Assembly (NCBI GenBank): GCA_002269645.1
Contig: NIVC01005052.1
Coordinates: forward strand, 1 to 27,645
Direction: 5' to 3'
DNA from: Macrostomum lignano
Lineage: Eukaryota
DNA: 27,645 bases
Shown: piece by piece, positions 1 to 11,010 of the stretch
How the letters are laid out: each line of letters opens with the position of its first letter
How positions within the stretch are numbered: the stretch's first letter is position 1
Translations under genes and position numbers: made by a program
The notes under the pieces: model-generated
What the model saw: only the letters and a program-made list of their open reading frames with translations
Databases searched by the model: none
Told to the model about the DNA's origin: nothing

Positions 1-214
1 GTGTACATATTGTGCCCCTTTGTATTGCACACCTGTAAATGCAGCTTGTTGATACATTCCCCTATATCAGAGAATCGCTTCGATCTGTGCGTATTATTTA
101 TTGTCATAAATATACTAATTGTACTACTGATCAGCGTGCCGTGCGGACATTGCTGTCTATATTTGCGTGCGCATCGGAAACTGACCATGAATTTTCTTCG
201 GAAACTTGTTCTGC

Positions 215-216
215 TC

Positions 217-271
<55 letters not shown>

Positions 272-326
272 GTCTGCCTGTCTGTCTGCCTGTCTGTCTG
301 TCTGTCTGTCTGCCTGTCTGTCTGCC

Positions 327-359
<33 letters not shown>

Positions 360-406
360 GCCTTTCTGTCTGTCTGTCTGTCTGCCTGTCTGTCTGTCTG
401 TCTGCC

Positions 407-439
<33 letters not shown>

Positions 440-499
440 GCCTTTCTGTCTGCCTGTCTGTCTGTCTGTCTGTCTGCCTGTCTGTCTGTCTGTCTCTGA

Positions 500-539
<40 letters not shown>

Positions 540-618
540 GTCTGCCTGTCTGTCTGCCTGTCTGTCTGTCTGTCTGTCTGTCTGTCTGCCTGTCTGTCTG
601 CCTGTCTGTCTGTCTGCC

Positions 619-651
<33 letters not shown>

Positions 652-910
652 GCCTTCTGTCTGTCTGTCTGTCTGCCTGTCTGTCTGTCTGTCTGTGTCT
701 GTCTGTCTGCTGTCTGTCTGTCTGCCTGTCTGTGTCTGTCTGTCTGTCTGTCTGCCTGTCTGTCTGTCTGTCTCTGTGTCTGTCTGTCTGTCTGTCTGTG
801 CCTGTCTGTCTGCCTGTCTGTCTGTCTCTGTGTCTGTCTGTCTGTCTGTCTGTCTGTCTGCCTTTCTGTCTGCCTGTCTGTCTGTCTGTCTGCCTGTCTG
901 TCTGTCTCTG

Positions 911-941
<31 letters not shown>

Positions 942-960
942 GCCTGTCTGTCTGCCTGTC
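215..960 (+). repeat. (TCTG)n microsatellite with TGCC/TGTG/TCTC variants
   Basis: Direct 4-bp periodicity; explains the LSVC and QTDR ORFs. Confidence 0.97.
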
Positions 961-1934
961 CGAGCACAGGAGTGAGCAGGCGATGCCTCAAGCAGTTTGC
1001 CAGTCACGCTCGCAGCCTCGGTGCCGCAGTGCAGCGGGAATCAGAGGCTCGGCCTGCATTCTGAAGAGCCGGCGGGCCGAGCAATCAAAGGGCTGCCTGA
1101 TTAGGCAGGAAACTCGCAAGGAGAGCGAGCAGGGAAGCGTGCGAAAGGCTGGTTTTGAATTCGGTATGAGCTCCGGCGGGTGGTGCAGGGGATGAGAATG
1201 AAACTCAAAGCTCGGTGCCGCTGTTTATCTGAGCACTATGGAGAGAGAGAGAGGGGGGGCTGCTGGATGCTGAGCACAGTTGGGAATTTAGATAAAGAGG
1301 CCAGTGGCAGCCGGTAGGGGGAGCGGCATGAGGGCATCGGATTTCCAATTGTTGAGCCCGAGCTGCCCGCCAGCAAAGTGCAGTCCCGGCGGTTTGTTGA
1401 CCCAACCCGTCTCAGTCCCGGCGCACTGCTTATTCCGTGCTGGCCGGTCTCTGCGCCCACCGCTTATCCCTTCAAGGCCGAAATAAGAGATCCCTATTGA
1501 AAGAAAAGTGCTTCGAGCTCTTCCGCATCACAGGGAATTGGGATTTGGGATCTCCCGAGCTGCCATGGCTCTTTTATAAGGATCTGAAATGTAGGGGAAA
1601 GGATAGAATGGGACTCCAGGGCTGCTAACGCATGCAAGTTGTGTGCAGCCTGCCTTCGTTCCGTGTCCAGTCAGGCAACTTGCTGCCCGATTTTCAACTG
1701 GGGCTTTTGAGAGCCGGACAGTTGGGAATTGCAAGGGAATATTGATGCGGCGAGCGGGCTGCTCCTCTGGGCTGTGCGGAGAGAGAATTTTTTATGGCGA
1801 CTGCATCGGCCGCTTGTGTGGGTGATGCGGCCTGAGCTGGCGGGCTTGGGGTTGGGGTTCTGTGCTAACATTGGCGATGGGTTCGGGATGGGATTCGGGG
1901 TGGGTTTCAGATTGGTTTAAGGATGCATGGGTTC

Positions 1935-1944
1935 ACAGACAGGC

Positions 1945-1993
<49 letters not shown>

Positions 1994-2002
1994 GGCAGGC
2001 AG

Positions 2003-2034
<32 letters not shown>

Positions 2035-2129
2035 GCAGACAGACAGACAGACAGGCAGGCAGACAGGCAGGCAGACAGGCAGGCCGGCAGGCAGGCAGGC
2101 AGGCAGACAGTCAGCAGACAGACAGGCAG
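1935..2129 (+). repeat. (GACA)n/(GGCA)n microsatellite, reverse complement of the 215-960 array
   Basis: Direct 4-bp periodicity. Confidence 0.95.
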
Positions 2130-3029
2130 GTCCTTAGCTGCAGTCATGACCCGCAGCGCTGAGCATCTGTAGCGAGAGCTCCCCAAAGCGCCCCCAAAGA
2201 GCTCCTGGCAGGCGCTCATTGAAGTATCGACTTGGACAGCCCCCCGCTGCTGAGTCCCAGCCGCTGGAGAGGGGAAGAGACGGGCGGATTGGGGAAAGAT
2301 AAATCTTCTTTTGATAGACAGAAAAGAGAGGGAGGACAGAAGGCTGCAAGGAGAGGAGAGGGGAGACCTTGGAGCATCGCAGTGCGCCCCCGAGGCTGGG
2401 GGCATTCTGGGCCAGCCCAGGCTAGCGGGTTCGATATTTGGAGCGGGGAAGGCGGGCAGGCAGGGAAGGGATGAGGCGCTGGCACCCACTTGGAGCCGGC
2501 TGAGTCGGCCAGCTATCTCTGCCCCCCCCGCCGCTGTGTATCCAACAAGCCCGGCAACTGGCCTGGCATTCCCTCTTTTTTTCTCCCAACATCTTGCCGG
2601 CCAGCCCCCTCTGTAGCTGGGTTTCCCTCCTGGACAGCAGCGGACAGCCTGGAGACCTCCCTGGCGACAGCGGCTCGGGCTGCAGGGGAGACACAACCAT
2701 GAAGAAATGGATGGACAAAAAAGCAGAGCATAGCAAAGCTCGAGATTGAGATGAAAGAGCGAGGCGGGGGACGGAGAGAGAGGGGGCGCAGCGGCAAAAG
2801 TGCAGCGACAGCAGGGGGGGCAGAAATGGGAAGGTCGAGTTTCTGGCTCTGCGAACAGGGAGGCCCGGAGCAAGGAGCGCTTGAGCTGGGATCTGGAGCA
2901 GCACCAACTCTCGCGCAGACGTGATGGAGCCGTGGCAGCCAATTGTTCATCCTGACTTCCATTTCGTTGAGCCAGCAGGTTTTCATCGATTTTTGTCTTC
3001 GTTGGGGCGACAAGCCATTTAGTTTCAAT

Positions 3030-3561
3030 TTCCAACAAGATTTTTTGAGGAAACACGATCAAGACCCTCTCTTGATTGAGGGGGTCAATACCTAACGGGG
3101 AGCGGACTCGGGGGTCAAGACCCAAAGGGAGGCGGATTCAGGGGGTCAATACCCAAAGGGAGGTGGATTCAGGGGGTCAATACCCAAAGGAGGTGGATTC
3201 AGGGGGTCAATACCCAAAGGGAGGTGGATTCAGGGGGTCAATACCCAAAGGGAGGTGGATTCAGGGGGTCAATACCCAAAGGGAGGTGGATTCAGGGGGT
3301 CAATACCCAAATGAGGGCGGATTCAGGGGGTCAATACCCAAAGGGAGGTGGATTCAGGGGGTCAATACCCAAATGAGGGCGGATTCAGGGGGTCAAGACC
3401 CAAATGAGGGCGGATTCAGGGGGTCAAGACCCAAAGGGGACGGATTCCGGGGTCAAGACCCAAATGAGGGCGGATTCCGAGGGTCAAGACCCAAATGAGG
3501 GCGGACTCAGGGGGTCAAGACCCAAAGAGGGGCCTCCTTGCCCCTCCTGGTTGCGCCTCTG
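3030..3561. mobile_element. Possible non-autonomous DNA element enclosing the 31-bp array
   Basis: Right end CCTGGTTGCGCCTCTG (to 3561) resembles a CAG-starting terminal repeat. Only a degenerate left counterpart (caacaagattttttgagg, ~3035) and no TSD found. Confidence 0.25.
3079..3527 (+). repeat. ~31-bp minisatellite GGGGGTCAATACCCAAAGGGAGGTGGATTCA
   Basis: About 14 tandem copies with a polar gradient of variants (AATACCC->AAGACCC, AAAGGGAGGT->AAATGAGGGC). Confidence 0.92.
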
Positions 3562-3981
3562 ATGTCAATGCCAGAAGGGCAGTCGGTGCCTGAGCAGTCA
3601 TGGAGCTCTGAGCAGTTTCACGTGAGCTAAGAAGCTAAGAATAAGAAGAATAAGATTCTGGGGAGAGCTGGGGCACCCCAGGTTCTGGCTGAAGGCCTCC
3701 ATGGCTAGGGGGGAGGCCGGGCCACACAGAAATGTGGGGAGGGGGAGAGCAAGGAAAGCGGGGGCTGGGATGGAACGGGGCGAGTCGCATTGCCGGGTGG
3801 GGGCGGGCCGCTCGCACCCGTGCCTGCCAGCCAATATAGCGAGCGGCTCAGCTCGGGCCGAGAGCCCCGGGACGGAGCGCGCCGTTACAGCTGGTTCGCA
3901 GCTCGCCAGATCCGTGACCTGAGCTGACACGCCACCGAGCTTGTAAGCGAGCTGGGCACCGAGAAACTGCCGCGCCACCAG

Positions 3982-6900
3982 CTTTCAGCGGCCGCTTTGG
4001 CCGTCGCAGTCACCGTCGTCGCGACGGTCACCGGCGCCAGCGCGCTGGAGTCGTCAGCCGCAGCCGAAGTGACGCCGTTGGCCAACGACTCGGCAGCTGC
4101 TGCGGCGGCGGCCGACCTGCCGAATGGTCGCGACTGCGTCAGCCAGCGCAAGTGGTACATCTTCCTGGCCAGCAGCGGCATTGTGCTGTTCGGAGGCGTT
4201 ACGTTCGTGATGCTCTACCGCCTGCTGGGATGTCTGGCCGACCGCCTCGCCGGGCCCACCAAGGACGCCGCCGACGAAGACGAGGACGAGGCCGCCGGGG
4301 AGGAGGCAGGCAAGTCGGGCGCGCCCGCAGGCGGCGGCCTGGCCAAGGACGACGACGAAGACGCGGACGGGGAAGCTGCGGCGGAGGCGGCGGTCGCGGC
4401 AGCCTCGGAGGCTGTGGAGATCGGCTGGCTGACGGAGGCGAAGGACTGGGCGGGCGAGCTGATCTCCGGCCAGACCACCACGGGCCGCATCCTGGTGGTG
4501 CTGGTCTTCGTGGTGAGCATCGCCTCCCTGGTGGTCTACATCATCGACACCGGCCGGATGTCGGAGACCGAGGAGTGCGTCCGCTGGGTGGACAGCCTGT
4601 CGCAGCAGGTGGACCTGGCGTTCAACGTCATCTTCCTGATCTACTTCTTCATCCGGTTCATCGCTGCGCAGGACAAGCTGTGGTTCTGGTTCGAGATGTT
4701 CTCGCTGGTGGACATCCTCACCATACCACCGTCCTTCGTGGCCATCTACCTGAACCGCACCTGGATCGGGCTGCGCTCCACCCGCGCTCTGCGCATCCTC
4801 AGCCTGCCAGACGTGCTGCAGTACCTGAACGTGCTCAAGACCAGCACGAGCATCCGGCTGTTCCAGCTCATCACCTTCTTCGCCTCGCTGGTGCTCACCG
4901 CGGCCGGCTTCGTGCACCTGATTGAGAACTCGGGCGACCCGCCCTACTTTGACAACCGAAACCGCAGCTTCAACATGTCCTACCCGACCTGCATTTACTT
5001 CGTCATCGTCACCATGTCGACGGTGGGATACGGCGACGTCTACTGCACCACCACCACGGGCCGCATCTTGTCCGCCCTGGTGATCATGGGCGGCCTGGCC
5101 GTGTTCGCTAACTCCATCCCGGAGATTGCCGACATCCTCAGCTCGCGCAACAAGTACGGCGGCTACTTCCGCAAGGAGGCCGGCAAGCAGCACATTGTGC
5201 TGTGCGGCCACATCACCTACGAGTCCGTGGCCAACTTCCTCGGCGACTTCCTGCACGAGGACCGCGAAGACGTTGACGTCCAGATTGTGATTCTGGACAA
5301 GCACGTGCCCGACCTGGAGCTGCAGGGCCTGTTCAAGCGCCACTTCACCCAGGTGGAGTTCTTCCAGGGCTCCGTGATGAACTCCAAGGACCTGTGCCGC
5401 GTGGGCCTGGAGACGGCGGACGCCTGCCTGGTGCTGGCCAACAAGTACTGCCCCGACCCGGATGCTGAGGACGCGGCAAACATCATGCGCGTGATCTCGA
5501 TCAAGAACTTCTGCGACCGGATCAAGGTGATCATCCAGCTGATGCAGTACCACAACAAGACCTACCTGCTGAACATCCCCAGCTGGGACTGGAAGCAGGG
5601 CGACGATGCCGTCTGCGTCGCCGAGTTGAAGCTGGGCTTCCTGGCGCAGAGCTGCCTGGCGTTCGGCTTCTCCACCCTGCTGGCCAACCTGTTCACCATG
5701 CGCAGCTACAAGGACGACAAGGCCATGCCGAAGTGGCTCAACAACTACCTGGAGGGCGCCGGCATGGAGATGTACACCGAGTACCTGTCGCCGGCGTTCG
5801 ACGGGCTGACCTTCCCGATGGCCGCTGAGCTGTGCTTCACCAAGCTGCGGCTGCTGCTGATCGCCGTCGAGGCCAAGAACGACCAGGGCACAGAGAGCTG
5901 CATCGCCATCAACCCCAAGGAGAACATCCGCATCGAGCAGGGCACGCAGGGCTTCTTCATCGCGCAGTCAGCTGAGGAGGTCAAGAAGGCGTTCTTCTAC
6001 TGTAAGCGCTGCCACAGCGACGTGGACGAACCCAGGATGATCAAGAAGTGCCGCTGCAAGGCCTCCAACAAGCTGCCACCGAAGCAGCAGCAGCAGCAGA
6101 GCACAAAGAGCAAGCAGCCGCAGCCGCAGCCGCAGCCGCAGCAGAACTCGCTGACACCCAATCAAGGCGCCGTCCCAGCTGGTGCCAGCGGCAGCATCGC
6201 CTCGCTGCAGAAGCTGCACGAGCAGCAGAAGCTGGAAAGGAAATTCGACTCGACCGGCATGTTCCACTGGTGCCCGGATGTCAACTTCGACGACGGAATT
6301 CTGGACCGCGAACAGGTGTCCACCACGGTGTACACCAACCACATCGTGGTCTGCTTGTTTGCTGACGCGTCCAGCCCGCTGATCGGCCTGCGCAACTTCG
6401 TCATGCCGCTGCGGGCGAGCAACTTCCACTTCCACGAGCTCAAGCACATCATCTTCGTGGGCAACCTGGACTACATGCGGCGGGAGTGGAAGACGCTGAT
6501 GAACTTCCCGAAGCTCAGCATCTTCCCGGGCTCGCCGCTCAACCGATCCAACCTGAGGGCGGTGAACATCAACCTGGCCGAGATCTGCATCGTGCTCAGC
6601 TCGAAGCAGAACTCAAACATGGACGACCCGACCCTGGTGGACAAGGAGGCCATCCTGTGCTCGCTGAACATCAAGGCGATGAAGTTCGACGCCAACCACG
6701 CGGTTGGCGGTCCGGAACCGCCCGTCGCCACGTCCTCGTCCGGCGCAGTCGCCGGCTTCGACGCGCTGTCCGTGCGCATCCTCACCGAGCTGGCCGTGGA
6801 CGACAACGTGCAGTTCCTCGACCAGGACGACGATGACGACCCTGACATCGAACTGTACATGACGCAGCCGTTCGCCTGCGGCACAGCCTTTGCTGTCAGC

Positions 6901-7494
6901 GTGCTCGACTCGCTCATGAGCACCGCCTACTTCAACGAGAACGCGCTGACACTCATCCGGACCCTCATCACGGGCGGGGCGACCCCGGAGCTGGAGCAGA
7001 TCCTGGCCGAGGGCGCCGGCATCCGCGGCGGCTTCGGCACGCCGGAGTGTCTCGCCAACCGGGACCGGGCCCGCGTGGCGCAGATCCCCATCGAGGACGA
7101 GCGGCTGAGGGAGTTCGGCGGCGCCGCCTACTCGGAGCTGTTCCTCGGGGCGCTGCACAAGCACGGCATCCTGTGCATCGGGCTCTACAGGTTCATCACG
7201 CCGCCCGAAGATGCCCGGCAGGCTCTCAAGAAGCGCTACGTCATCACCAACCCGCCTGACAAGTTCCCCGTGCTGCCCTCCGACATGGCGGTCTGCCTGC
7301 AGCGGTTCACTGGGCTGCAGCCACAGCAACAGCACCAGCACAGGCATCAAGAGCAGCGACACCAGGCTGCTCGAGCGGCAACGACTCTAGGCGGCCCGCA
7401 TCATCACCACCTCCAGCAGCTCCAGCAGCAGCAACAGCAGCAGCCGCCACAAAAGCAGCAGCCGCAGCCACTGTATCATCACCGACCAGCGTGA
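3982..7494 (+). CDS. slo1: Ca2+-activated large-conductance K+ channel alpha subunit (BK/Slowpoke), single uninterrupted ORF; start codon unresolved (frame open from 3928, first in-frame ATG at 4210)
   Basis: S0 ([10 protein letters not shown]), [22 protein letters not shown]4 RSTRALR, pore TMSTVGYGD (5011-5037), RCK1 [14 protein letters not shown] heme motif, Ca bowl [10 protein letters not shown] (6811-6840), [17 protein letters not shown]; stop TGA 7492-7494. Confidence 0.96.
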   Translation, partial: LSAAALAVAVTVVATVTGASALESSAAAEVTPLANDSAAAAAAADLPNGRDCVSQRKWYIFLASSGIVLFGGVTFVMLYRLLGCLADRLAGPTKDAADEDEDEAAGEEAGKSGAPAGGGLAKDDDEDADGEAAAEAAVAAASEAVEIGWLTEAKDWAGELISGQTTTGRILVVLVFVVSIASLVVYIIDTGRMSETEECVRWVDSLSQQVDLAFNVIFLIYFFIRFIAAQDKLWFWFEMFSLVDILTIPPSFVAIYLNRTWIGLRSTRALRILSLPDVLQYLNVLKTSTSIRLFQLITFFASLVLTAAGFVHLIENSGDPPYFDNRNRSFNMSYPTCIYFVIVTMSTVGYGDVYCTTTTGRILSALVIMGGLAVFANSIPEIADILSSRNKYGGYFRKEAGKQHIVLCGHITYESVANFLGDFLHEDREDVDVQIVILDKHVPDLELQGLFKRHFTQVEFFQGSVMNSKDLCRVGLETADACLVLANKYCPDPDAEDAANIMRVISIKNFCDRIKVIIQLMQYHNKTYLLNIPSWDWKQGDDAVCVAELKLGFLAQSCLAFGFSTLLANLFTMRSYKDDKAMPKWLNNYLEGAGMEMYTEYLSPAFDGLTFPMAAELCFTKLRLLLIAVEAKNDQGTESCIAINPKENIRIEQGTQGFFIAQSAEEVKKAFFYCKRCHSDVDEPRMIKKCRCKASNKLPPKQQQQQSTKSKQPQPQPQPQQNSLTPNQGAVPAGASGSIASLQKLHEQQKLERKFDSTGMFHWCPDVNFDDGILDREQVSTTVYTNHIVVCLFADASSPLIGLRNFVMPLRASNFHFHELKHIIFVGNLDYMRREWKTLMNFPKLSIFPGSPLNRSNLRAVNINLAEICIVLSSKQNSNMDDPTLVDKEAILCSLNIKAMKFDANHAVGGPEPPVATSSSGAVAGFDALSVRILTELAVDDNVQFLDQDDDDDPDIELYMTQPFACGTAFAVSVLDSLMSTAYFNENALTLIRTLITGGATPELEQILAEGAGIRGGFGTPECLANRDRARVAQIPIEDERLREFGGAAYSELFLGALHKHGILCIGLYRFITPPEDARQALKKRYVITNPPDKFPVLPSDMAVCLQRFTGLQPQQQHQHRHQEQRHQAARAATTLGGPHHHHLQQLQQQQQQQPPQKQQPQPLYHHRPA

Positions 7495-8200
7495 AACGAC
7501 TGTTGAAACAAGTTTCTATATCTAAGCCACTTTAACGACTGCTGAATGTTTTGAGTTCTCCGGCAATATAATCCAAAGCGAAGTCTTAGAAATTTGTTAT
7601 TATTAATCAGGGTAGAATTACCTAGCCCCCCCTGCCTTGTCCCCCTTGTAAGTCATCAGCTACACAGTTCAGCCTCTCCGTAGCCCTGTGGTGTAATATT
7701 ATTTGGGACGGGCTGGGCGACGCAGAGCTCAGGAAGGTTCTCCTGCTCCCCGCTTCTGCCCCCCCCCTCTCTCTCAACTCACTCCAGCTTGTTTCCCAGG
7801 CTCAGTTCTGGGAGCAGAGCAGAGCAGCGCACTGCCGCCTAATGGCGCAGGGAGCCTCCCGAGCTCTCGGAGCAGCACGCAGCTCGCTCGCTTCCGTCCT
7901 CGCCCGAAATCTCGACCCCCGGCCGGACGGGGGCTTCGGAACTCTCTCCCCCAATACCCAATTATCCCGCTAATGCGCCCGCCAGCCCCCCCCCCATACG
8001 AGCTCGCAAGTCGCGGCCCGAGGATTAGGGAGATTCTAGTCTAGTCAAGGGATCATAAAACAGCTGCAGAAAGCTGCACATCACTCCTGTACGTGTTCGC
8101 ACGCCAGCGCTCTTACAGACGCCCCATCACTGTTAGAACTGACTTCTGCTTACCACTGCGAATTGTTTTCTATCTGCGCAGCCCTCCATACTGGTAGAGT

Positions 8201-8336
8201 AATAAATCACTTTAGCTAATCGTTGAATGCCACACATTCGCTAAGCCGTACAGTACGAAGCGGTTTGAAAGCATTACGGTACCGTCTTCACTCGTCAACA
8301 CGAGTCCAAGAGTGCAAAATTCCGCTTTTCAATAAA
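8201..8336 (+). promoter_or_regulatory. Candidate slo1 polyadenylation signals
   Basis: AATAAA at 8201-8206 and 8331-8336, 0.7-0.85 kb after the stop and just before the 42-bp array. Confidence 0.4.
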
Positions 8337-8435
8337 AGCACAACTTATGCTCATGGCTATTTTAAGCTGCAGCGCTCTCGCTTGCTTCTTTGATGTGTCG
8401 CTGGTGAATGAACGACAAGCTGTGTTGACTGGATT

Positions 8436-8828
8436 GGATTGCTAATCTAGCCAGCATCACTGATGAAGGATAGAATGGATTGCTAATCTAGCCAGCATCA
8501 CTGATGAAGGAACAGAATGGATTGCTAATCTAGCCAAACATCACTGATGAAGGAATAGAATGGATTGCTAATCTAGTCAACGTCACTGATGAAGGAATAG
8601 AATGGATTGCTAATGAAGCCAGCATCACAGATAAAGGAACAGAATGGATCGCTAATCTAACCAACATCACCGATGAAGGAATAGAATGGATCGCTAATGA
8701 AGCCAGCATCACAGATAAAGGAACAGAATGGATCGCTAATCTAGCCAACATCACCGATGAAGGAATAGAATGGATCGCTAATCTAGCCAACATCACCGAT
8801 GAAGGAATAGAATGGATTGCTAATCTAC
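8436..8828 (+). repeat. 42-bp minisatellite GGATTGCTAATCTAGCCAGCATCACTGATGAAGGAATAGAAT
   Basis: About 9 tandem copies; produces the 14-aa-period ORF 8530..8796. Confidence 0.95.
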
Positions 8829-9294
8829 CCCCAGGGGTGAAACCAAAGGTATGGGTTTGCAGCCAACAAATTTAAAAATAGACGCTACCAAAGCAGATGC
8901 AGGGAGAGAAGGAATGGAAAAGTGAGGAGCAGGGGGCACAGAGGGGCGGACAGCCCAAGGGCAGTGTGCGCATCCAACGCATTGGAAAATTAGATTTCTC
9001 GTTTGGGAATCGTTTCCTACACTCGCAGCTCCTACGCGAGTTCGGGGCAGCCCCTCAGCTGATCTGGCACTGCGATATCCTGCCAATGCGAGTTCCCCCA
9101 CTGATCCGCAAGCATTGGCTACGGTGAACAGAAAATCCTCAAACGTATTTTTGTTAATCCCTAAAAAATAAAATGGTCGACAAATCCTAACGATTAAAAG
9201 ACGCAAAATCAGTATTAAATGCAAGGAATGTAAAAGCCGGAGCTTTGAAAATTGTGCATGACTTTTAGACTAGATATGTAAAATGCCCCTCTCC

Positions 9295-9824
9295 GTTCCT
9301 GCCCGGGCACCCTTCTCACGACCCTGGGGCATCAACTCTTTCCATTCCTGCCCCACATGGCACCCACCTCACGCCCCTGGGGCATCAACCCTCTCCATTC
9401 CTGCCCCACACGGCACCCACCTCACGCCCCTGGGGCATCAACTCTTTCCATTCCTGCCCCACACGGCACCCACCTCACGCCCCTGGGGCATCAACTCTCT
9501 CCATTCCTGCCCCACACGGCACCCACCTCACGCCCCTGGGGCATCAACTCTCTCCATTCCTGCCCCACATGGCACCCACCTCACGCCCCTGGGGCATCAA
9601 CTCTCTCCATTCCTGCCCCACATGGCACCCACCTCACGCCCCTGGGGCATCAACTCTCTTCATTCCTGCCCCACACGGCACCCACCTCACGCCCCTGGGG
9701 CATCAACCCTCTCCATTCCTGCCTCACATGGCACCCACCTCACGCCCCTGGGGCATCAACTCTCTCCATTCCTGCCCCACACGGCACCCAGCTTACGCCC
9801 CTGGGGCATCAAACCTCTCCATTA
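9295..9824 (+). repeat. 53-bp minisatellite containing the palindrome GCCCC-T-GGGGC
   Basis: About 10 near-identical copies; the 53-aa period of the ORFs here equals 3 x 53 nt. Confidence 0.95.
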
Positions 9825-10473
9825 TTAAAAAAAATTGGTCAGGCAACACGATTAATTTGTTGAAAGTATAACAAATAGAAACGCAAGACAGGAATTTTGT
9901 TTCTTGTCTTGCAGCATGCAGGAAGTTGGCGTTTTTATTAAAAGCAGAGAATTTTCACTTTTGCAAACACTACATTTACTAGCAGCAGAGTGGCATCGCT
10001 ATTGACAAAAATATATTTAATTGAATAAAATTGAACAGATGAAGCATAGGCAGTCAGCAGCCATGACACTTTGCTCTTGTCTGTTGGCGCCATTCCAAAA
10101 AACGCTGGGGAAAATGGGAAACGCGCGGCACAAATACATCGACTTAATTATTTCTCGAGGGTTTGAGCAAGACTGCTCAAATAATTCACACTAACTAAGA
10201 TGAGAAACAGGACGCACAGATCGAATAAATGCCATTATATTTGTGAATTAGCCAGGAACAGGCTGCTCCAATGCGAAAGATATCGGTATTGTTATATTAT
10301 AACATCACAAAACTTTCATTTATACTACTTTCAGTAAGTCAAGCGAGTAGTACAGATGGGAAATTCTGGGTCCAGCGACTACAGAATAAATAAAAGAAAT
10401 TCCAATAGTTGCTATTTCGGCATAGGAATTTAAGAAGCCCCTACTCCCGGTACGGAAAAACACCAACTACCGA

Positions 10474-10945
10474 TTTGGAGAGCTACATCCGGTTCAGTTC
10501 GAAAAGTTACTTCCGGTTCTGATAGTTACTTCCGGTTCAGAGTGCAACTTTTGGTCTGGAAAGCTACTTTCGGTTCGGAGAGCTACTTCCGGTCTGGAGC
10601 TACTTTCGGTTTGGAAAGCAACTTCCAGTTTGGAAAGCTACTTTCGGTTCGGAGAGCTACTTCCGGTTTGGAAAGCTGCTTTCGGTTCGGAGAGCTACTT
10701 CCGGTTTAAAAAAAGCTACTTTCGGTTCGGAGAGCTACTTCCGGTTTGGAAAGCTGCTTTCGGTTCGGAGAGCTACTTCCGGTTTGGAAAGCTACTTTCG
10801 GTTCGGAAAGCTACTTCCGGTCTGGAGCTACTTTCGGTTTGGAAAGCAACTTCCGGTTTGGAAAGCTACTTTCGGTTCGGAAAAGTACTTCCGGTTCGGA
10901 GAGCTACTTCCGGTTCGAATAACTATTTCCGGTTTGGACAGCTAC
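10474..10945 (+). repeat. 19-bp satellite GGAGAGCTACTTCCGGTTC, array 1 (just downstream of the GTF2H1 stop)
   Basis: About 25 moderately diverged copies. Confidence 0.93.
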
Positions 10946-11010
10946 ACCCTTTACAAATCATACAATTTTTGCGGTAACTGCGAGTCAGCAGCCAGTTTGG
11001 GTGGCAGTTG

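Noticed and set aside
970-1064. Possible terminal exon ([30 protein letters not shown]) after a pyrimidine tract
   Set aside because: Plausible acceptor, but no recognisable homology and no upstream exon can be supported.
1-1195. Long Cys/Leu/Ser/Val and QTDR ORFs
   Set aside because: Translations of a stop-free 4-bp microsatellite.
1917-3125. 402-aa and 171-aa minus-strand ORFs; faint resemblance of WLNEMEVRMNNWL to a LINE reverse transcriptase
   Set aside because: No YADD or other RT motifs. The ORFs start or end in repeats and look like GC-rich non-coding read-through.
4054-7362. Antisense ORFs of 499, 249 and 159 aa
   Set aside because: Shadows of the strong GC3 codon bias of slo1.
8436-9824. 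CRISPR-like appearance of the 42-bp and 53-bp arrays (also the 29- and 32-bp arrays)
   Set aside because: Units are head-to-tail with no unique spacers, there are no cas genes, and the context is eukaryotic.
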